64,000 nt of DNA from Candidatus Hydrogenedentota bacterium. GTDB taxonomy: Bacteria > Hydrogenedentota > Hydrogenedentia > Hydrogenedentales > SLHB01. The stretch is from positions 1 through 64,000 of the forward strand of contig BTWA01000025.1 of assembly GCA_045863295.1 (NCBI GenBank), in the 5' to 3' direction. Below the pieces are notes generated by a model that worked only from the letters and a program-made list of their open reading frames with translations, had not been told where the DNA came from and searched no databases. This document shows positions 58,792 to 64,000 of this stretch, piece after piece; positions within the stretch are counted from its first letter, which is position 1, and each line of letters begins with the position of its first letter. The translations under genes were made by a program, and so were the position numbers.

Positions 58792-60399
58792 ATGCTGGGC
58801 GAATTTCGGGCATTGGACGTTGTTATACTTGTGGGGTACTTCGGCATTCAATTGGCCATGGGGCCATATTTTGCGCGGCGTCAAAAGAGCACGGAAAGTT
58901 ATTTTGTAGGTAACCGTTCTTACCCCGCTTGGTTGCTTGGCATTTCCATGTTCGGGACATCAATCAGTTCGATCACATTCGTTGCCTTGCCCGCGGATTC
59001 GTACAAGCGAGCCTGGCTCCTTTTTTTGATTTATCCCACCTTGCCGATCGCCATGCTAATCGCCTCCAAATGGGTGCTGCCTTTTTTTCGCCGTACACAC
59101 ACGACTTCCGCATTCGAGTATCTGGAGGGCCGATTCGGTCCAGGAACACGGGTTTATGCGGCATTGATGTTCAATGTGAGCCAATGCATTCGCTTGAGTC
59201 TGGTCTTGTATCTGGTATCCGCGCTCATTCACGCTCTCACCGGGTGGAACACGACCGCGTGTATTGTGGTCGGAGGCAGTGTCACCGCATTTTATACGGT
59301 GTTGGGGGGAATTGAGGCCGTCATCTGGACGGATTTCGTCCAATCGATTGTACTCAGCTTAGGTGGTTTACTCATATTGGCAACGGTCGTCTGGAATCTT
59401 CCCGAAGGATTCTCAACCCTTTTCTCGGTGGCGGCAGAACACAATAAATTTGTGCTTGGTGTAACAGACACGGTAACGAACCAACCTGTGGCTTCGCCAA
59501 TAGCGCCGAGGTCCCTGCACGAGATTTTTTCCACCAAGACGGTGCTCATGGTGCTCGTGTATGGTTTTTTCAATTGGATGACCGAATATAGCGGTAACCA
59601 GAACGTGGTGCAGAAGTGGTGTACAGCCGAATCCGCTAATGCGGCGCGCCGGGCCATGTGGATTAATTGTCTGTGCAGCCTGCCCACTTGGACCTATTTC
59701 TATTTCCTCGGCACTGCCCTATTCGTTTTCTATCAGGTCTACCCCGATCCGGAAGCCGCCAAGATGTTGACAGGCGAACGAAAAGCGGAAGATATTTTGC
59801 CGTATTTCGTGAGTATGCATATGTATCAGGGCGTGTCGGGACTGGTCATCGCGGGCGTGCTCGCGGCGGCAATGTCAACGCTGTCATCCAGCATTAACGC
59901 CATATCCGCTGTAACGGTTACGGACATTTACAAACGGCATCTTGCTCCCGAAAAGAGCGAAGGCCATTACATCTTCGCCGCAAAGTCGCTGTCGTTTGTC
60001 AGTTCAATCATCATGATTCTGGGCGCATACTGGCTGTCTGTCAGCGAGACCAACACGCTTCAGGATTCGGCGACCATTCTGAACTCAATCAGCGCGGGCG
60101 GGCTGTTGGGATTGTTTATGCTGGGCTTTCTCACGATGCGTGGCGATGGCCGCGCGGTCTTCATTGGGATTGTATTCACGGTCTTATTTTCCGGATTCAT
60201 GTCGCTACACGCGCTGGGCAGACTCCCCGAAGCATGGTCCCTTGCGATCAAGAGTAATTTCGATACGTATTACACGACCATCATTGGCAATTGCGTCATG
60301 TTTACCACAGGGTACTTGATTGGCATGTTGCTGCCTACACGGCGAAACCTGGCCAATCTCACCATCTGGACTCAAGACGAGGAGATGCGTGCGCTGTAG
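58792..60399 (+). CDS. Sodium:solute symporter (SSS family)
   Basis: YFVGNR, SAFEYLEGRFG, GGIEAVIWTD, AAAMST.SS. Confidence 0.93.
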   Translation: MLGEFRALDVVILVGYFGIQLAMGPYFARRQKSTESYFVGNRSYPAWLLGISMFGTSISSITFVALPADSYKRAWLLFLIYPTLPIAMLIASKWVLPFFRRTHTTSAFEYLEGRFGPGTRVYAALMFNVSQCIRLSLVLYLVSALIHALTGWNTTACIVVGGSVTAFYTVLGGIEAVIWTDFVQSIVLSLGGLLILATVVWNLPEGFSTLFSVAAEHNKFVLGVTDTVTNQPVASPIAPRSLHEIFSTKTVLMVLVYGFFNWMTEYSGNQNVVQKWCTAESANAARRAMWINCLCSLPTWTYFYFLGTALFVFYQVYPDPEAAKMLTGERKAEDILPYFVSMHMYQGVSGLVIAGVLAAAMSTLSSSINAISAVTVTDIYKRHLAPEKSEGHYIFAAKSLSFVSSIIMILGAYWLSVSETNTLQDSATILNSISAGGLLGLFMLGFLTMRGDGRAVFIGIVFTVLFSGFMSLHALGRLPEAWSLAIKSNFDTYYTTIIGNCVMFTTGYLIGMLLPTRRNLANLTIWTQDEEMRAL

Positions 60400-60629
60400 A
60401 CGGACAATTCGCGAATCGCCGCCATGCTGAACAATCTAATGATGCATGGTTCGTATAGTGGCGGAACCGGTGGCGGAATTGGAAGCCAGAATCCAGAGTG
60501 GTACGTGATTCACCCCCCCAAGCAAAGTTTGCTTTGCGTATCCGCGTTAACCTCTACGCAATGATTACCGTGCATACTCGAAATAGGTGTATTCTCGACT
60601 TGTATCGATAGCAACTTGGGGGTACAGGC

Positions 60630-63080
60630 ATGCGATACAAAACGCTTCTACTCGGTCTAATGGTGTCTTCAGGGGCGGTTTTAGCGGATATCAAGGCGCT
60701 TCCTGGTCCATTCGAAGATGGATACCTTCTTCCCAATGGCTGGCGAATATCGCCGTCAGGGACGTTGCTCGAAACACAAGACCTGCTTCTATCCATCGTG
60801 CCGACCCCGGATGGCACCGCATTGATTGGACTGCACGGCGGATTTAATGCCCACGGGCTGGTCGTGGTGGATGCCCAATCGGATACCGTTACCCAGCGAA
60901 TTCCACTTCCGACGGCGTGGCTTGGTCTTGCGTGGAGCCCCGACGGCAACCGGTTGTTTGTTTCAGGCGGCAGCAACAAGACCGACGAAGGCGTCGCAGC
61001 GTCTATTTATGTTCTCGAGTATACAAACGGCCGGCTGGGCGAGAAACCGGTTGCCCAATGGAACGATACACTGGAGTCCGAGCGTACGTACTGGTCGGGT
61101 TTGGCACATCATCCATCGCAGCCTCGGCTCTTTGCAGGAAACCGTGTCACGAATGAAGTAGTCGTTTTGGACTCCAACTCGGGGCAGGTGACGGGGCGTG
61201 TGAAAGTGGAGCAAAACCCCTATGACTTGGCCGTATCGCCGGATGGCCGTCGCCTGTTTTGCTCCAATTGGGCCAGCGCGAGCGTGAGCGTCATCAATAC
61301 GGAAAGCCTGACCGTCGAACGCACGCTTCGCGTGGGCAACAATCCGAATGACCTCCTATTGGACGGACGCGGGCGATTGTTTGTCTCCTGCGGGAACGAT
61401 AATACGGTCTGGGTCATTGATTCAGAATCGTTCAAGGCCATTGAAACAATATTCACCTCCATGCATGAACGCGCCCCGGAAGGATCCACCCCGAACGCGA
61501 TGGCTGTGAATCCGGACAGTACAACGCTGTTTGTTGCGAATGCGGACAACTATAACGTGTGCGTCGTGGATGTATCGGAGACGGAGGAAAGCAACGTGCT
61601 TGGTTTCATTCCGTCTGGATGGTATCCCTCGGCGATTGCCCTTAGCGCTGACGGAATGAAACTGTTAATCGGCAACGGAAAGGGGACGGAATCGTACTCC
61701 AATATTCGTGGTCCGTTGAGCCCCTTGCCTCCGGGCGAAGAAGGTGCGGGAAACGTCAAAAGCCTTCAAAAGGGAGCAATCCAGATTATTAGCGTCGCCG
61801 AATTCAAGGACAAGTTGCCGGAATTGACGCGTCAAGCCTATCGCAATTGTCCATACAACGACGAGTTGTTGGTTCGGGCAAAACCTTCGGCCACGCCGAC
61901 GGTTGTTCCGAGCGATGTGGGAGTGGCGTCGCCCATCAAGCACGTGCTCTACATCATCAAGGAAAACAGAACCTATGATCAGGTCTTTGGCGACTTGCCG
62001 CAGGGCAATGGCGATCCCCGTCTCGCCATTTTTGGACGCGAAATAACCCCGAATCATCATGCCATCGCTGAGCAATTCGTTCTGCTCGACAACCTGTACT
62101 GCGACGCGGAAGTAAGTTGGGATGGTCATCAATGGTCCAACGCGGCCTATGCCACGGACTATGTCGAAAAGACGTGGCCGGCCTCATACGGCGGGAAGAG
62201 CCACGCGCCGCTTTCTACCGCGATGTTCCCGTCGGCCGGGTATATCTGGGATCAATGCGCCAAGAAGGGATTAACGTACCGTTCGTACGGTGAGTTTGCG
62301 GAACAAGTAAGCGATGGGACACAAATGGCCGCGCGCGTGGCCGGTTTGATGGGGCATGTCGCACCAAACTATGGATCGTGGGATGCGCGCGACACAGACA
62401 ATGCCAAGGAGTTCATCCGCGAGTTTGATGAATACGAAAAGAACTACAGTGACTCAGATCCCGACAAACGGCTTCCGAACTTTATGGTGATGAGTCTGCC
62501 GGAGGATCATACTCGTGGCACGCGTCCCGGGGAGCCGACTCCCCGTGCGTCGGTGGCAAGCAATGACTTGGCACTGGGTCAGATCATTGATCGTGTAAGC
62601 CATAGCAAGTATTGGAACGAAATGGCCGTGTTCGTCATCGAGGACGATGCGCAGAATGGTCCCGATCATGTGGATGCGAGGCGGACCGTCGGTCTGGTCG
62701 TGAGCCCATACTGCCATCGCGGAATTGTCGACAGCACTTTTTACACGACTTCGTCAATGCTCAGAACGATCGAACTACTGCTGGGGCTGCAGCCTATGAG
62801 TCAATACGACGCGGCGGCAAACCCCATGTATGCTTCCTTGAGTGACAAGCTGGATCCCGAGCCTTATACGCATCTTCCCTCGAACATAGATCTGAACGAA
62901 ATCAACCAGGCGACGGCGTGGGGCGCGGATGAGTCGATGAAGATGGACTTCAGCGACTACGATCGTACGCCTATGCTGGCCTTAAACGAAATCGTTTGGA
63001 AAAGCGTTCGTGGGGCGGATTCGGATATGCCGCTGCCCGTCAGTCGTTTCCACGAGGCAAGTGTTCGATTGACTGATTGA
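60630..63080 (+). CDS. Secreted YncE-like beta-propeller / phosphoesterase fusion
   Basis: YVTN-like repeats; IKHVLYIIKENRTYD; EDDAQNGPDHVD. Confidence 0.9.
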   Translation: MRYKTLLLGLMVSSGAVLADIKALPGPFEDGYLLPNGWRISPSGTLLETQDLLLSIVPTPDGTALIGLHGGFNAHGLVVVDAQSDTVTQRIPLPTAWLGLAWSPDGNRLFVSGGSNKTDEGVAASIYVLEYTNGRLGEKPVAQWNDTLESERTYWSGLAHHPSQPRLFAGNRVTNEVVVLDSNSGQVTGRVKVEQNPYDLAVSPDGRRLFCSNWASASVSVINTESLTVERTLRVGNNPNDLLLDGRGRLFVSCGNDNTVWVIDSESFKAIETIFTSMHERAPEGSTPNAMAVNPDSTTLFVANADNYNVCVVDVSETEESNVLGFIPSGWYPSAIALSADGMKLLIGNGKGTESYSNIRGPLSPLPPGEEGAGNVKSLQKGAIQIISVAEFKDKLPELTRQAYRNCPYNDELLVRAKPSATPTVVPSDVGVASPIKHVLYIIKENRTYDQVFGDLPQGNGDPRLAIFGREITPNHHAIAEQFVLLDNLYCDAEVSWDGHQWSNAAYATDYVEKTWPASYGGKSHAPLSTAMFPSAGYIWDQCAKKGLTYRSYGEFAEQVSDGTQMAARVAGLMGHVAPNYGSWDARDTDNAKEFIREFDEYEKNYSDSDPDKRLPNFMVMSLPEDHTRGTRPGEPTPRASVASNDLALGQIIDRVSHSKYWNEMAVFVIEDDAQNGPDHVDARRTVGLVVSPYCHRGIVDSTFYTTSSMLRTIELLLGLQPMSQYDAAANPMYASLSDKLDPEPYTHLPSNIDLNEINQATAWGADESMKMDFSDYDRTPMLALNEIVWKSVRGADSDMPLPVSRFHEASVRLTD

Positions 63081-63176
63081 TACATTGCGTCGGCGTGGTG
63101 TCATGGGACTTGACCCTCGATTCGCAGGGTGATACCTTCTTGCCCAACTGGTGCAAAACAGATGGGAGAACTCACT

Positions 63177-63593
63177 ATGGCTTTGAATTGTCTGGACATC
63201 GATCTGGTAACTGCGCGCAAGATTGTGGACGCCGCACGAGCAAAGGCCGAGGAACTTGGTTGCAAAATGAACATTGCGGTTGTGGACGCGGGCGCCAACC
63301 TGAAGGCGTTTGCACGGATGGACGGCGCATGGCTTGGCAGTATCGATATTTCCATTAAGAAGGCGAAGACTGCGCGGTATTTCGATTTCGATACCGGCGT
63401 CATTGGCAGCCTCAGCCAGCCGGGCGGATCGCTATACCAGATAGAAGTCTCGAACGGCGGTTTGATTACGTTTCCGGGCGGTGTGCCAATCAAGACTGCA
63501 GCTGGTACGGTAATCGGCGGAGTCGGCGTCTCGGGGAGCACGGTCGAAAACGATCATGCGTGCGCGCAAGCCGGCGCCAAGGCCGCGCTGTAA
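63177..63593 (+). CDS. GlcG/HbpS family heme-binding protein
   Basis: IAVVD.G, RMDGA, KKAKTA, GGVPI, GVGVSG...END. Confidence 0.92.
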   Translation: MALNCLDIDLVTARKIVDAARAKAEELGCKMNIAVVDAGANLKAFARMDGAWLGSIDISIKKAKTARYFDFDTGVIGSLSQPGGSLYQIEVSNGGLITFPGGVPIKTAAGTVIGGVGVSGSTVENDHACAQAGAKAAL

Positions 63594-63677
63594 TCTCCCG
63601 ATCGAATGCGCGTTACCCGGCGATGCCCCCCAACCGGGCAGGGATTCTTCTCTCACGAAGGAACGGAGGTATCGCTT

Positions 63678-64000
63678 ATGTCTCACAAAATCTGCCTTAT
63701 CCCCGGCGACGGCATCGGCCCAGAAGTGGCCGAAGCCGCTCGCCGGGTCATTGACGCATCCGGTGTCGCAATAGAGTGGATCGAACTGCCGGCAGGTGCT
63801 GCGGCCGTGGATACCCATGGCAGCGTGTTGCCGGATGTCACACTCGAAGCCATTGAACTCCACAAGGTAGCGTTGAAGGGGCCGGTAACCACCCCGATTG
63901 GCAAGGGCTTCACCAGTGTAAATGTCGGTCTGCGCAAACGGATGAACCTGTACGCCGCTGTTCGTCCGGTGCGTAACCTTTCCGGTATAAAGACCAGGTA
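63678..64000 (+). CDS. Isocitrate/isopropylmalate dehydrogenase family protein (partial, runs off window)
   Basis: MSHKICLIPGDGIGPEV...LKGPVTTP...SVNVGLRK; GGAGG SD. Confidence 0.92.
   Translation, partial: MSHKICLIPGDGIGPEVAEAARRVIDASGVAIEWIELPAGAAAVDTHGSVLPDVTLEAIELHKVALKGPVTTPIGKGFTSVNVGLRKRMNLYAAVRPVRNLSGIKTR

Overview
A gene-dense, moderately GC-rich bacterial chromosomal window from a diderm. The Tat sulfatases, DUF1559-like prepilin protein and giant Ig-repeat surface protein suggest a Hydrogenedentota/PVC-like lineage, but this is inference only. I saw no rRNA, tRNA, CRISPR array or transposase. Housekeeping blocks: rlmN; ctpA-rph-rdgB-tsaC; trpDCFBA-pmbA-pilD; aroC-manA; an isocitrate/isopropylmalate dehydrogenase truncated by the window end. 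Accessory content: two Tat sulfatases plus a metallophosphoesterase, two ECF sigma/anti-sigma pairs, a ~2000-aa M12B metalloprotease with Ig-like repeats, a YdbH-like plus YnbE-YdbL-like lipid-bridge locus, a GH88-like hydrolase with an oxidoreductase, three tandem DUF1569 paralogs and two tandem MgtE paralogs. The most notable unannotated signals: (1) a self-contained minus-strand unit at ~5840-6300 with a promoter, a ~230-nt highly structured leader, a strong SD, a 38-aa Lys-rich peptide and a terminator; (2) a stand-alone ~105-nt minus-strand sRNA candidate at ~57030-57135 with its own promoter and terminator; (3) a duplicated 'cargo inserted into an Ig domain' architecture in the giant protease; (4) a palindromic tandem repeat at the window edge.
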